Part shown: in pieces, positions 21,603 to 33,730 of the stretch
Position numbering within the stretch: position 1 is the stretch's first letter
How the letters are laid out: the number at the start of each line of letters is the position of its first letter
Assembly (NCBI GenBank): GCA_946965045.2
Contig: OX337234.1
Coordinates: 186,001-250,000 of the forward strand
From: Epithemia pelagica
Taxonomy: Eukaryota > Protista > Bacillariophyta
DNA length: 64,000 nucleotides
Direction: 5' to 3'
The notes under the pieces: generated by a model
Databases searched by the model: none
Told to the model about the DNA's origin: nothing
What the model saw: the letters and a program-made list of their open reading frames with translations, nothing else
Position numbers and translations under genes: made by a program

Positions 21603-23345
21603 ATGAATGACAAGCCCATTGAGGAGGAGACATCCTCGCAACAACAACATCATCAACAACCACAAAGAAGAATGCCCGACAACAATGACACTGCCAAACA
21701 CCAGTTGCCAGGACCAGTCTCTGGTTCTTCTGGTACCAACCCTCCTTCCCAGACAATCACCACCACAAGAACAAACACAACCGCCGTATCCCAACCACCA
21801 CAACAAGACCTAGAAGCACCATCTTCCAGTGGTCCTTTGCGTCCTCCTCCTCCGCGTCGTTTGCGACGCGGCAAGTGGACCGTGGAAGAAGAAGCCTATG
21901 TGGCCCGCATGATTACGGAATTTCAACAGGGCACGCTGCCCGATACCCCGGCCGGTACGACGCTGCGCACGTACCTGTCGGAACAATTGCAGTGCGATCC
22001 CATGCGCATTACCAAAAAATTCACCGGTCATGCCTGCATTGGCAAACGCGTCTTTCATCCCCTTAGTACGACCAACAATAACAATGGATCCTCCATGGAA
22101 CACGAACAAACCCTCCAAAAGGCCCGACACGAACTCGAGCAACTCAAACAAGCCTGGCAACGACGCATGCAACAACAACAGCAACAACAACAATCGGTAT
22201 CGTCGAGTACACCAGCAACCACTACAATGTCGAATACCGAACCCTCCTCCAAGAATGACAAGGGATCATCCGCCGCTACCGCCTTGGTCCCAGAATTAAT
22301 AGAAGGAGTATCCTCATCCCACCACACTCGACCAACCCATCCTTCGTCTTTGGATGCCGTACGAGTGAGGACCACCGACACCCAGCCCCTGCATTCCTCG
22401 TCGTCGTCAGTGGCGGCCAATGCCATGGTATTGGTTCAAGCCGCGGGATGGCTCGAACGAGCCAAATCCTCCTTGCAAGAATCCTCCTCCTCGTCATTGT
22501 CCTCGGCGGCGCAACCACTACTGGCGCAGCAAGAATCACAACCACCGCCGGTCGTTCCTCCAAGTCAGCCATTTGTCCAGCATCCGACCCATTCCAAAAC
22601 GGACCACCACCAGGATATTAGAATAGAGGAGGGACAGAATTGGACGCACTGGTCCAAACAAGAATTGGTCCAACACATGGTACAAGTCCGACGATTGCTC
22701 TTGGAAGGACCTCCACCGACGACGACCACCACCAATACTGCAACAACAACAGCAGCCACCACACCCACAGCAGTACTAGCCACCACGGCCACTCACCCAT
22801 TCGCAACCAGACAAGGAGGAGGAGGAGGACTCGTCCGAGAAGCAGCCGAACCACCACAACCACAACCAGCAACTCCCACGACACTCGCGGCTCGTTCCAT
22901 TCCCACCAATGTGGAATTCCCGACCCACGCAAACTCGAATCATCATCCCAAGAACAACAAGAACCAGAACAAGAAGCGACCACGACGGTCCTGGACCCCT
23001 CCAACCACAGTCGACCAGGCGCAGGAGGACAATGACGACAATAACGACCAGGACGACGAAACGTCGAGTGCGGCCCAAGATGCCCAAGCCTTGGTCCACT
23101 TTTGGCATTCCGTCGCCGCCACTTCCACTTTGACCAAACACAACCAACACGACGACAACCACAGCAATACTGCGGCCGCCCATGGAGTATCTTCGTCGTC
23201 CGCCTCCTCCACGGCATCTTCGTCGACCTCCGTTCGAGCAACGAATCGGTTGTCCGTCCCAGACACTCCTACTGTCAAGACAACGACCAAACCACCTCCG
23301 TCCTCCGTTCAGTCGTCGTCCTCCTCCTCATCGGCAGGGCAATGA
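21603..23345 (+). CDS. Stramenopile Myb/SANT-like putative transcription regulator with long low-complexity tail
   Basis: LRRGKWTVEEEAYVARMITEFQQGTLP..GTTLRTYLSEQLQCDPMRITKKF domain; ORF is open from 21408, start Met uncertain. Confidence 0.7.
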   Translation: MNDKPIEEETSSQQQHHQQPQRRMPDNNDTAKHQLPGPVSGSSGTNPPSQTITTTRTNTTAVSQPPQQDLEAPSSSGPLRPPPPRRLRRGKWTVEEEAYVARMITEFQQGTLPDTPAGTTLRTYLSEQLQCDPMRITKKFTGHACIGKRVFHPLSTTNNNNGSSMEHEQTLQKARHELEQLKQAWQRRMQQQQQQQQSVSSSTPATTTMSNTEPSSKNDKGSSAATALVPELIEGVSSSHHTRPTHPSSLDAVRVRTTDTQPLHSSSSSVAANAMVLVQAAGWLERAKSSLQESSSSSLSSAAQPLLAQQESQPPPVVPPSQPFVQHPTHSKTDHHQDIRIEEGQNWTHWSKQELVQHMVQVRRLLLEGPPPTTTTTNTATTTAATTPTAVLATTATHPFATRQGGGGGLVREAAEPPQPQPATPTTLAARSIPTNVEFPTHANSNHHPKNNKNQNKKRPRRSWTPPTTVDQAQEDNDDNNDQDDETSSAAQDAQALVHFWHSVAATSTLTKHNQHDDNHSNTAAAHGVSSSSASSTASSSTSVRATNRLSVPDTPTVKTTTKPPPSSVQSSSSSSSAGQ

Positions 23346-24592
23346 GACGAATGAAATTCGTGAGGAGCAAATAATCATGAAACGAACCAAAGGAATCCCA
23401 CCATTAATGACTGTGAGTTGTGTGGTGTATGGATCCAAGTACGTCCGTTTCGCCGTGCCACTAGTCTACACACGACAAGGATGATTCCCAATCCACCGTG
23501 CCATTCTCCAGTACACAACAACAATAAGGTGGTGGTAGAGATTTCGACACTGGGGACTGAACCGTCGAGTGCGAGCGAGTGTATCTCTTGTGAATCTGTT
23601 GTCGGACCAGGGAACTACCTCGATAGGAGGGATTACGGGACGGACTCTTTCTGGAGGGATACGACGACAAGAACATGACCAAGAAGAAGACACTCGTCAA
23701 AGGCAGAACCGGAAAGGCAGAACATGGCTCTAGTAGATTATAGTGGTATGGATACACTTATCCATTTGGTGATCCCGGAGCTAGGTAGACGAACAACAAA
23801 ACTATCGTCTCATTTGTTTCGGGTACCCCACTCCTACTCCTAACTCCTCTAGTAGAGATGATTAGAGATCCTATTCGTAGTCTTGCTACTTCGTAGTCTT
23901 CCCCGCAATACTCCAAGGACATAGGGGTGCGTGATCGGGACGATATCTTGGATTTAAGGGGATTCGATTGCTATTTTGTTTTGCGAACTTGGAACACTGG
24001 CGAACCAACTCGATGATGTTCCCTCGATGATTGTGATGAGCGATGAGGGATGAGGATGAGGGCCTTGGTTGTTGGCCGGTCGATCTGTGACGGATTGACT
24101 AAAACTGACCAAGCTGGAGGACCTTGGTTCTCATAGTCATCACAAGATAGAATTTGGGATCCCTCTCTGGATTCGAACATTGAGAAGTATCATTGAAAAT
24201 TGAAAAGTCCTCCTCCTTGTTGTAAAAGGGCATCAGGTTTTCTTCTCCCAATGCTGGACTTTGAAACCTGAGCACAAAGCACGAAAACCACGGATCCCTT
24301 GCTTGTGGCAGTCGCCCAGTTGTCTCCATAATATTACTCCTATATGAACAGCTACCAGCTACCCATCCAAGCGACTGCCATTACGTTAATTCGTCATTCT
24401 GATACGCATGGTTGACACATGAATTGACGCAACGTTGGAAGGAGTGGAATCCCATTGGGTCGGTTTTAAAATGGTGTCGCACCGGTACTCGCTACTGCGT
24501 AGATCACAGTGAGTCAGAACCATCTTTGGCGTCGACGCTTGAGGTTTTTTGGGATCTAACACGCCGCAAAATCGATGACTCATACCTTCAAC

Positions 24593-24854
24593 CAAGCAGG
24601 CCGATCGTTCCAAAGTATCTAGTGTACCCCACTTTTTGACACTTCCGAACTTTGTCGTTGATCTGGAACAGTCAAGAACAAGCAGGCCGATCGTTCCAAA
24701 GTATCTAGTGTACCCCACTTTTTGACACTTCCGAACTTTGTCGTTGATCTGGAACAGTCAAGAACAAGCAGGCCGATCGTTCCAAAGTATCTAGTGTACC
24801 CCACTTTTTGACACTTCCGAACTTTGTCGTTGATCTGGAACAGTCAAGAACAAG
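24593..24854. repeat. 3 x 86-bp exact tandem repeat
   Basis: Units start at 24593, 24679 and 24765 (CAAGCAGGCCGATCGTTCC...CAGTCAAGAA); no spacers. Confidence 0.95.
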
Positions 24855-25519
24855 GTTCATGGTTCCTGTTCTTTCTCCAGTGCTCTCTCATCTCTCATCC
24901 TCCCCCCCGAAGCAGAGCATTGGTAACAACTGCGAGAGGATTGGCTCGTTTGAACAAGAGAGCCAATCCTTTGTGCTATTCCAGATAGAACAAAGTACAT
25001 CAAGAACAACACCAAACCATTGACTCGTTCGAGTCGTTGAATGACCTTGTCGGGCGCGTATAGTGAGTGCACTGGATCTGCACACTCTGGTTGCGAACGT
25101 CAATCTGCACTCTGGTTTGTGGTGTTTGCAAACGGCTGGTCACACTCTCGAGCACCCATCGGCCAAGAGAAATCATCATTCTCCCCAAAAGTTACTTCCC
25201 TGCTGAAGGCAAAAAGAAAAGGCATTGCAGACATCCTGGACGAAAACTACTAGTCTCTAGCCAATGCTGGAGCAGCTACTACTATTAACTAGCAATCCAA
25301 CACAATCTACCGAACAAGAGATACAGTTTCAATTTTGCTTTTACTCGATTGAGATCCTTCTGGTTGTCCATTGCAATCTGCAATCAAACAAAAGACTTGT
25401 GATTAGGCTCTTGCTCGATTGTCTTGCTTGTGTTTGGTTTGGACCCATTGCACACATGCAGCAGCATCGCTTGCTGAATGCCCAATACTAATCACAACCA
25501 CAATCACAGCAACAACGCC

Positions 25520-27537
25520 ATGTTCATGGCAGCGCCCTTACGGAAAAAGGATCCCTTGGTATTTTTCTTTGAAGCCGAAGACGAACTTGCGGTGGACAAC
25601 CACGAGGGTTCGTCGTCCACGGCTACCGAAGAAGCGGATATTTTGCATTTTCACTCCTGCATGGCGCACGATGTGGTACGTTTGTTGCTAGTATAGATCG
25701 ATTTAGAACTCGTGTGACCCACTGTGGAGTTTGATTTGGAATGGTTTCCACTGACAGCAGGTTCTTGTGTTTTTTGGTGTCTCGTTTTCTGACAGCAACA
25801 ATTTTTGTGGAGTCCACAGGACAAGGATGATTTAAAGCCGAGAAAGCTCTACAACAAGCACAAGCAAAAGAACCTCCTCCACAAGCGAGACCACAATGGT
25901 GAGGAGGAGGATACAGCGAGTACTGTGTCACGGGAGGAGATGGCATCGGAACGGCGGTCTTCGTGGCATGCTGCACCCGATCGCTCCATGTTGCGGGCGG
26001 TGGGTGCCGCGTCTGCGACACCGACCATTACATCCGTGTCACTCCCATCCACGACCACCGGATATTCTGCCTCTTTACCATGCTCTCGAAACTATCCTAG
26101 CAATAATAACAACCACAACAATCACAAGAGAGGAAGTATGACACGCGCGGCCTCGGCTCGGTTGTCCTCTTTGGGTGGGACACCAATCAAGTCAACATCA
26201 TTAACCTCAACACACCAATCTTCGTCTTTTGCGGCTCCTTTGTGTCCGTCACTTCGACTGGGTGGTACAATGACTCTTAGCAGGGAGGAGACTGACGCTA
26301 TGAAACATGCTCTACTATCCGATCGTTCCTCCTCACATTCCTCTTCCTTTTGGTCCTCTTCTTCCACGACACAAAGTCGGCGACAAGGGTCGGAATTATC
26401 GTTGAGTTCCCACACCAACAAAAACCGCCGACACCTAAGGGGGAGTTCCAATGCGACTAAGGGTCACACCACCACGAGACATCACCACCAGCATCGTCCA
26501 AGGTCCAGTCGCCTGGCACGAGGCTTAGGTTCCACATCCTCATTGGGCGACTTGGAACATTCCAAACGGCCATCTTCCATTTCTACCGCATCGTGTCGAA
26601 GAGAGTATCTGTCATGGGCGGAGGATCATAGTTCCGAGCTAACAACAATATCAACAGCCAACAACCGTGAGGAGGAGCGCAAGAAACGGGCCAAGATTGC
26701 TGGTTTGTTGGACAAGTGTGCCGGAACGCGGTTCCCCTTTCGAAAAAAGTTGAGTCTGGCCAATCTGGGCATGACCTTGCACGATATTCCCCTCACCGCA
26801 CTCTGTGGTAGTCCGGGTAGCCTGAATGGCGACGGCGATGGCAAGTCTCGGTTGGGCCAATCGTTACATACGCTCTCCTTGACGGAAAATACATTGGGCA
26901 TCCTGCCGGATTTGCTGGTCCAATCGTTGCCACTGTTGATTCGGTTGAACCTGTCTCATTGCGCGTTGCACTCGTTGCCCACTGTATGGAATCTTCCTCA
27001 ACTCAAAAAGTTGGACTTGTCCCACAATATGTTGTCCACCTTTCCGGGAGAGGTACGAACCTTGATCCAGAATCATACACGAGAACTATTGTGGCACATT
27101 CCTTACCCAAATGATTCTGTGGCGTGTGTTGGTTTTGTTTCTAGGCCATGCTGAAAGGACTTCCGGAACTTTTGGAACTGGATATGGTTTGTAACAAAGT
27201 GGTTGAGATTTCCCTTCCTCCACTACTGATTGATACCGAAGCAGAGACTGTCCCGAAACTTTTCTCTCGATTGGAACTTCTCAATCTAGAGAACAATGAT
27301 ATTTCCTTCTTACCCGAGGATTTGGATCGACTCCCCTCACTCAAAGTTCTCAACGTCCGCAACAATTTCTTGTCGACAATTCCTCGTCGTATTTGTTTTA
27401 TGGACCTCAAGTCGCTGGTGGTCCAGTCCAATCCCGTCGTCCATCCACCCATGGAGACCTGTGAACGAGGCATTCCAGCCATGAGACGGTATTATCAACA
27501 ACTCGAACAGGAGCGCGCCACGACCATGTACATGTAG
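25520..27537 (+). CDS. Leucine-rich-repeat protein, Ser-rich N-terminus, 3 exons
   Basis: LRR consensus (LHTLSLTENTL, LIRLNLSHCAL, LKKLDLSHNML, LELLNLENNDI, LKVLNVRNNFL); predicted introns 25676-~25795/25819 and 27053-27144. Confidence 0.85.
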
Positions 27538-28262
27538 CAATTTCCTTGACGAGAAGGAGTTCAATCTCGGGAGAAGGAGTTCAACATGGCCGGTACGCCG
27601 TATCAAGCACTTTTCTTGCGTAGAGGCCATGGTGCCTTAGTGGAGTCTTGCGGGACTCAATATCCGCGACCATGCGCGCATGCTCTGTGTTTCTGAGAGT
27701 CGGCCGAGCTAACGTTCTTCTGAACCAGATGGTGTCGCCACATTCTGTTTGTCTCGGGTCTCGGGTATGGCCAAAACGGAGCGATCCTTCCTTATGCGAC
27801 AACCCAAATTCCGTCTTCGGCATGTATACCAAATCCGCAAGAGATTGACTCGCAGTTTATGGAGGTGCAAATGGTGTCATTGAACGACGAGCGGACACCA
27901 GGACTGAACTCTCGTCCAAGCCTCAAACGGAGCGACGCGGTCAACCATGCAAGGAATGGATCTATGTTGTAATATGAAGCAATCCGTGTCTTGCGTCCGG
28001 TCGTTGTGACAGGCTGGACCTGATGGACCAAAACGGAGCGATTGTCCGACGTGCAATATGGAGCGATCCATGGTTCAGGAGCGATAGCACCGGTGAAAGC
28101 ATGGGTTCAGCTGCATCTGCACTTGGAACCGAAAAACGTGCCAAGTGTAAGCACAACCAACCACCCCGACAGCCAAAACAATGTTCACAGCCACCAATTT
28201 TTGGAAATGACAAAAAACATACTGGGTTTGAAAATGGCCAATCGCAACAACACAGGAGACTG

Positions 28263-28313
28263 AACCAACCAACCAACCAACCAACCAACCAACCAACCAA
28301 CCAACCAACCAAC
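28263..28313. repeat. (AACC)12 microsatellite
   Basis: Direct reading. Confidence 0.95.
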
Positions 28314-28530
28314 GGCGCACCGTCGACAATTTTGAGCCGGAGACTTGATGTGGATGATACCGCAATAGCAAACAGGCAAACGAAACCAAAATGTGCGGCT
28401 CTATGGAGCTCCAATTTCATGACACGAGACGCTCACAATTCTGGATCGACCAGAGTTTGCAAGAGACAACAACCGAGGTTGATTTGCCGTTGTTTTGCGT
28501 TCCAAGAAAGAAGCAGAGACCAAAGACACC

Positions 28531-29046
28531 ATGAACCTCCATTGGGCCTCCATGTTTCTTCAAGTCCTTGTTCTTGTGGTTGGTATCGCAGCAAGCACCG
28601 TCGTGATGGCGTTGGACACCACCAAGCAAGCCCATGGCCATAGTGCTGTGTTGGATGATCATGACATGGATGTTCCTCGTGTGGACATCCCGCAAGCTAC
28701 TTGGAACACCAAGAGCGTCAATCATCTCAAGGATGCCGAGATCCATAGGAACCTTTGGGAACCTGACGGTGAAGCTGAGGGGGATCCTGATTGTGAACTC
28801 GTGAGTGGCAGGGGCGGTAAATGAGGTGGTAAGGGTGACGATTGTGCTGGCGGAGGAAAGGGCAAAGGCAAGGGTTCAGGCCGTCGTCGTCGTGGGCGCA
28901 GGTTCTTGTCGGGCAAAGGTGGTGATGGTGGAGACGGCGATGGATGTATCGGTGGGGACCCCGTCGAAGGTGACCCTGTCGGAGGTGACCCCGTCGGAGG
29001 TGACCCTGTCGGAGGTGACCCCGTCGAAGGTGACCCCCCAGTGTAA
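28531..29046 (+). pseudogene. Secreted RXL/KGGK precursor copy 1, in-frame TGA at 28822-28824; C-terminal 5 x GDPV(E/G) repeats
   Basis: Frame continues past the TGA as GGKGDDCAGGGKGKGKGSGRRRRGRRFLSGK..., homologous to the three intact paralogs; 15-bp repeats at ~28956-29040. Confidence 0.7.
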
Positions 29047-30575
29047 CTCCGTGTCTCGAACATTGAATTACCACCTCCAAGTGACTTAGAGGACTGAAAA
29101 CAAAATAGAATTAGTGGCCAATCAAAAGGATCTTCCTTGTCCGACCGATCCACTACCTTTCAATAGTATTTACGACAGTGGTTTGCTGTATGTCTCTTCT
29201 ATAAAAAGGAAAAGAATAGAGGATATGATATGGAGTCCCATCTTTGATCAAGTACTAGATATTGACAAGGTGGATGATCCATGCACGCACTAGAACACAC
29301 CACCGTACTCGATTTATGTCGGGTTCGAAATGACACTACCTACCTATCGGTAGGTAGTTCGCATGCAAAAATCGAGAAGAGGTCTAGGATATGGTTTCGG
29401 CGTCAGAAAGAGTATCGTTATAAGGTGTTTCATTTCCGAAGAATCTCAAGTCTCATTCCTCATCGCTTTGTGCTCACTTTCTGGTCTAACTACTTAGGTT
29501 TCCTCAACTATGTTGTCTACTCCTAGTAATGAAAGTAGGAGCACCTAGCTGTTCCTGTCAGCGACAGCCACGAATTTTTTTGAGGCTCCGCCAATCATCA
29601 TATTTGATGGCATAACTTGTCGTTTTCTTGCCGAAAGGCAATGATCGATAAAATGTTGCCCGTGGGGATCTATTAGAAGTGGCTCGTGAGTAAAGAAAGA
29701 TGTTATTTCGTTCATTAACCCACCTACGCATCACATGAAGCATTGACTGTCGAGATCATGAATCATGGTGTGGCCTTTCAGTTGGACTGTTCAAGGATCA
29801 TGTCTTCTTGTTTCCACTTCTCCATGGGCCGGTCATGGTCATGGCGATTGCCGCGTTGACAAAGCAAGCAAAAGATCGCGTGAGTCGGGACTCTATATGT
29901 TCGAAACTCGTTTTCGCGCTGGCACTGCTTCCGTGAGAGTCCGGCGAGATGAAAAGACGCTTTCGGATCAAAAATTGCCACACATTTTTCCGATGCAGGG
30001 CAAACGGAGCGACCTCTCGTCTCTCTCATTCAGCACGACCACACGTTTCAGACTACCTGGTATATGCTAGAACGCAAACACTGTCTGTGGCTCGTAGAAA
30101 ACCAAAGGGTGGCGGCCACACCGGACCCAGAAAAAGGAGCCATCTATCCAAGGAACGAAACCATCATCCTGTGTGTATAGCCTCTACAATACGCAATGAC
30201 CGGGATGCAGCACTCCGAGAACTGCGTTCCATCTCGACAAATTCATTTCTGACAAGAGGCAACGGAAGGCAAACTAGATGAGAAGACCTTGGCAGCAAAC
30301 AACATTTTCATCAATGGGAGGAACGACACAAATTCGGCCCGTGGAGAATGATCTGCCGACTATGGGCGGCATAGCAGCAGCAGTGAATAAAACAGACACA
30401 GTTGAGAGAGCACGACAATTTTGTGCCGGGAACTCCGTAATGAACACTGGGAATTGTAAAAGAGAGAAGGATTGTCAGCAAAACACTTGTTTCAAGAGAG
30501 GACACAATTCATATCCAACCGAGTTTGCAACTCCACAAACAAAGCTTGATTGATTGAAAAAAGAAAGAAGTCAAC

Positions 30576-31034
30576 ATGAAGTTCCTCTGGATCTCGATGC
30601 AAGCCATTCTTGTCTTTGTTGGTATGACACCCACATCCGTCCTGTCTGCTGAGGACGAGGGCAACCCCCAGGACGCCAGTCGTGCTGCTGCTCTTGGGAC
30701 AGACAACAACAAGAACAGTGCGTTCATGGCAACTGAAGGCGATGCTCGTGGATTGATGGAAGGTCTCGGTGATCCCATTCCTGAGGACGGTGGCAAGAAA
30801 GGAGGCAAAGGTGACTGCGGCGATGCTGCGGATGGTGGTGGAAAGGGTGGCAAGGGCATGGATTCTCTTCGTCGTAATCGTCGTGCCCGCATGAATCGTC
30901 GTTCCTTGTCTTCGGGCAAGCGTGACGGTGATGGTTATGAAGCGATCGCTGAAGGGGATGGCGTCTCTGCTGGGTTGGTGGTGGACGTGATTACATGTGC
31001 CGACCCAGTCGGGGAAGTTGATGGCGGAAGTTGA
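30576..31034 (+). CDS. Secreted RXL/KGGK precursor copy 2 (152 aa)
   Basis: Signal peptide, RGL, GGKKGGKGDCG..GGKGGKG, RRNRRARMNRRSL, acidic tail with Cys. Confidence 0.75.
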   Translation: MKFLWISMQAILVFVGMTPTSVLSAEDEGNPQDASRAAALGTDNNKNSAFMATEGDARGLMEGLGDPIPEDGGKKGGKGDCGDAADGGGKGGKGMDSLRRNRRARMNRRSLSSGKRDGDGYEAIAEGDGVSAGLVVDVITCADPVGEVDGGS

Positions 31035-31225
31035 AGCAGGCTTCGAACGTGCTCTTTAAAAAGGCCAAAATAAGACTCCTCTATGAATAGCCAAAAGTCA
31101 AATTTAATAGGGCTTTATAGCGGTACATATGGAACAATCCATTCTTCTATGGAAGCTTGTAAAAAGTCTTTGAAGTACGAGTATGTCTTGGCAAAACCAA
31201 TGCGTTTACAATCGCGTCATTTCTG

Positions 31226-32412
31226 AAGGAACGCCCGTTCTTTTTCTAGGCCGATCCAAAAAATGTGTTATCCACTCCTTCTCCTACACGGAGTAGTAGA
31301 GGAAGCTACAATGACTTTGGCGTAGTTGTCTGTCCCTGTTCCTCTGTGCTCATGACCATTAATACATAGACCTCCTTTTCGCGTTATGATGTTGAAGACA
31401 GTTACTGTTTGAGATTCAACGAGTGACTCTTGTTGTCACCAACCGTCAGATCCACCCACGTACACAATGCATAAAGCACTGGCCAATCGCGATAATGAAT
31501 CATGGACTGTTCAAGGACCTATTCTTCGCGAGGTAGCTCGACGAGTCCCGCCGTTGCGATTTCCGTCATGACAACAAGAGATCTTGTCTCTTCTCTCCCT
31601 TTGAGGAAACAGCGTGAGTAGGGAACGATCCACACATGCCCCAACTTGGGCGGGACCCAAAAGGGTGGAACTGTACTTACAAAAGAGTGCGACGATGCTC
31701 GAGAAACAAGAGAAGAAATCTAGCGACAGGAACGTGTCTTTTCCTATCGTCTTTTTCCTCAAAAACATACTTTGACATTGCGATCATTGCAATAGGAACG
31801 GCCGTCCATTGAACAAGGTTCTTGATGCTGGTATACGAATGTTGTGGTCCATGCGATTGCGTGGGATCAAAGTTTCAAGCAGACATAAAGAGGCAGGGGA
31901 AACACGATCCTGACAATCACGATCCGAATGCGCGGGATCGAGATTCCGCTGCTTCTTTATGGGTGCTTGCAACTTTTTGAATGACACCTTCAATGCCTTG
32001 TACTGCTTCCGTGGTTGAACTTGCAACCTCTTCTTCTTTCGTGGCGCTTTTATGCGCACAACAAAGAACGGTTTCTCCAACAGGGGATTTCTTACCATTT
32101 GGAACAACCATTCTTTGTTGTGAGCATTCAAGCACCATGAAGGAAGCTGGAATCTCATCCAAGGAAGCAGCGCACGCCGCTGCATGCTTGGGTGTTCAAT
32201 ACAGTCAAATGCATTGGCTCAATTTCACCTGCGTAAATGTAAACATGAGAGAGCGATAGGTGAGAAACTCGGCTAAAGAGATTGTACAGCATTGGGCTAA
32301 GGTTTCACTTACCGTTCTTCAGTTCAATGGTCTGGGAACTGATGTTTGGATCTGTCATGGTGTAATGTTGGTGATTGTGAAAACTGTGAGCGTTGTGTGT
32401 GGTGATTGTGCT
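31226..32412. repeat. ~1.2-kb dispersed direct repeat, copy 1; contains a minus-strand ORF split by a premature TGA (31784-32185 plus 31511-31768)
   Basis: Aligns by eye with 59332-60550; CAA TGA here vs CAA TGG in copy 2. Confidence 0.85.
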
Positions 32413-33256
32413 TTGGCTGTCGGGAACGGGACCTAACATTACTCCCAAGCTTTTTGAAATGTTAGTCGCATTGGAGTCACCCTCGTCTGATGTATTGAAT
32501 GGACCACAGAAGATAAGAAGACCATCTTCTTACCCCCACTCTGGAGAGTATACAGCCTCAAGATCTCGTCCTGATACGGGACTCACTATCCGTGAATTCT
32601 CATAAAGGCGACCAATGATGTCGCACCGGCACTCGGCTTTAAGAGAGAGTCCGGCGAGATGAAATCTTTCTCAGACCGATGCCATCGCCACATTTTTCGG
32701 AGACTCTTCACCAAAAACGGAGCAGTTGTGCGAAGGGCAAAGCACATGGTACCAAAACGGAGTGATGGCTGAACAGAGCGAAACCATCATTCTTTGTATT
32801 GGCCTATACGCAATGACGGGGACGCAGCACTTTGTCGTCAAAGGGGTCCACACTTTGTGGGCAAATACTTCTTGACAACGAACAGCGGGAAAACGACGCG
32901 GGACAACAGACATTCTGGCCGCAACCACCGAAAAACTCCCACCATAGCAGAGTCCGCAAAAACCTTTTATGCGACACAGTGAGAAGCAGCAACCACCACG
33001 ACGACCTCACCAAAAATTTATTGCGGTATTGCAGCAGTGAGAGGGTGAAAGAGCACGACAATTTTGAGCCGGGGGACTCTGTAATCATGAAAACTGGGAA
33101 TGGAAAACATATGAAAGAATGATATGCAACCAGCGCAAGACATGTTGCAAGAGACACAATTTCAAAGTCATCCGAGATTGCAAGGCCACAAAACAAGGTT
33201 GATCAATCGTTTTGGATCGCCGGAAAACCGAAAACAAAAGCAAGATATCATCAATC

Positions 33257-33730
33257 ATGAAGCTCCATGGGGTCTCGATGCACTCTGTTCTCCTACTTGT
33301 TGGTATGACACCCACGTCTGTCCTGTCTACAACTTGGGACACCACTGCAGAAACCCAGGTACAGCAACAGTACAACAAGGACGAGCAGGCCAACCCCCAG
33401 GACGTCAGCAATCATGCAGCGACCAGAAACCTTGGAATGGAAGAAGGAGATCTGACAGCTGTTGATCCCATTCCGGGAGAGGGTGGCAAGAAGGGAGGCA
33501 AGGGCGGTTGTGGTGATGCTGAAGATGGTGGTGGCAAGGGCGGCAAGGGCATGGATTCTGGTGGTCACCGTCGTAATCGTGGTGCCCGCAAGAATCGTCG
33601 TTTCTTGTCGTCAGGCAAGCGTGAAAGTTATAGTAGTGATGGTGGAGCTCTCGCGGCTGGAGATACTGGCGGTCCGATTGGATGTGCTGAGGCAGAGTTT
33701 GAGGACGGTGGTGTCGAACATGGTGTCTAG
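33257..33730 (+). CDS. Secreted RXL/KGGK precursor copy 3 (157 aa)
   Basis: MKLHGVSMHSVLLLVG.., RNL, GGKKGGKGGCG..GGKGGKG, RKNRRFL, acidic tail with Cys. Confidence 0.75.
   Translation: MKLHGVSMHSVLLLVGMTPTSVLSTTWDTTAETQVQQQYNKDEQANPQDVSNHAATRNLGMEEGDLTAVDPIPGEGGKKGGKGGCGDAEDGGGKGGKGMDSGGHRRNRGARKNRRFLSSGKRESYSSDGGALAAGDTGGPIGCAEAEFEDGGVEHGV

Noticed and set aside
21501-23484. Many overlapping short ORFs on both strands
   Set aside because: Shadow frames of the low-complexity regulator gene.
23900-24400. Degenerate minus-strand gene remnant (LMPFYNKEEDF..RDPKFYLV)
   Set aside because: Fragmentary frames and no recognisable family.
24593-24854. CRISPR array
   Set aside because: The units are contiguous and identical with no spacers, there are no cas genes, and the context is eukaryotic.
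27962-28420. ORFs with (LVGW)n or (PTNQ)n repeats
   Set aside because: Translation artefacts of the (AACC)n microsatellite.
28956-29040. GDPV repeats as the diatom GDPH adhesive-protein domain
   Set aside because: His is absent and the repeat is a simple 15-bp expansion; no domain context.
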